Sequence record: SRR31156797_4599
DNA length: 37,529 nucleotides
Direction: 5' to 3' (one strand)
Below, one piece after another: positions 35,719 through 37,529 of this stretch; the first letter of the stretch is position 1; each line of letters begins with the position of its first letter. The position numbers and the translations under genes are program-made. The notes under the pieces were generated by a model that saw only the letters and a list, made by a program, of their open reading frames with translations, was not told the DNA's origin and did not search any database.

Positions 35719-37529
<1,811 letters not shown>

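Overview
Core-chromosome window from a sulfate-reducing Desulfovibrionaceae-like deltaproteobacterium (inferred from the DsrC C-terminus, PFOR and gene order). From 5' to 3': the 3' end of dsrC; rpmE-DUF1385-prfA-prmC; lpxC with a sigma54 promoter; a Cache-type chemoreceptor; a minus-strand polar-flagellum cluster (fliR-flhB-flhA-flhF-flhG-fliA-cheY-fliL plus three small unnamed genes); an M23 peptidase and a TtcA-like gene; DUF4340-rpoZ-dnaJ-moaC; a rhodanese-fused CoA-disulfide/persulfide reductase-like flavoprotein; a single-domain receiver; an accessory four-gene cassette (HTH regulator, DUF3100 protein, small membrane partner, M20D amidohydrolase); a DUF3568 lipoprotein; a 59-aa ORF missing from the ORF track; a phytase-like esterase; a hybrid kinase and sigma54 activator pair (probable LurS/LurR); and the 5' part of pyruvate:ferredoxin oxidoreductase. 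I saw no tRNA, rRNA, CRISPR array or transposase. The best leads are: (1) the DUF3100 cassette, where the same 31-bp palindromic operator sits in front of both the regulator and the transporter/hydrolase operon; (2) an FlhF with degenerate catalytic motifs paired with an FlhG lacking its activator helix; (3) a roughly 100-nt G-U-rich RNA hairpin between dsrC and rpmE; (4) a FipA/SwrB-like gene trio at the end of the flagellar operon. All family assignments come from recognising motifs by eye; no searches were run.
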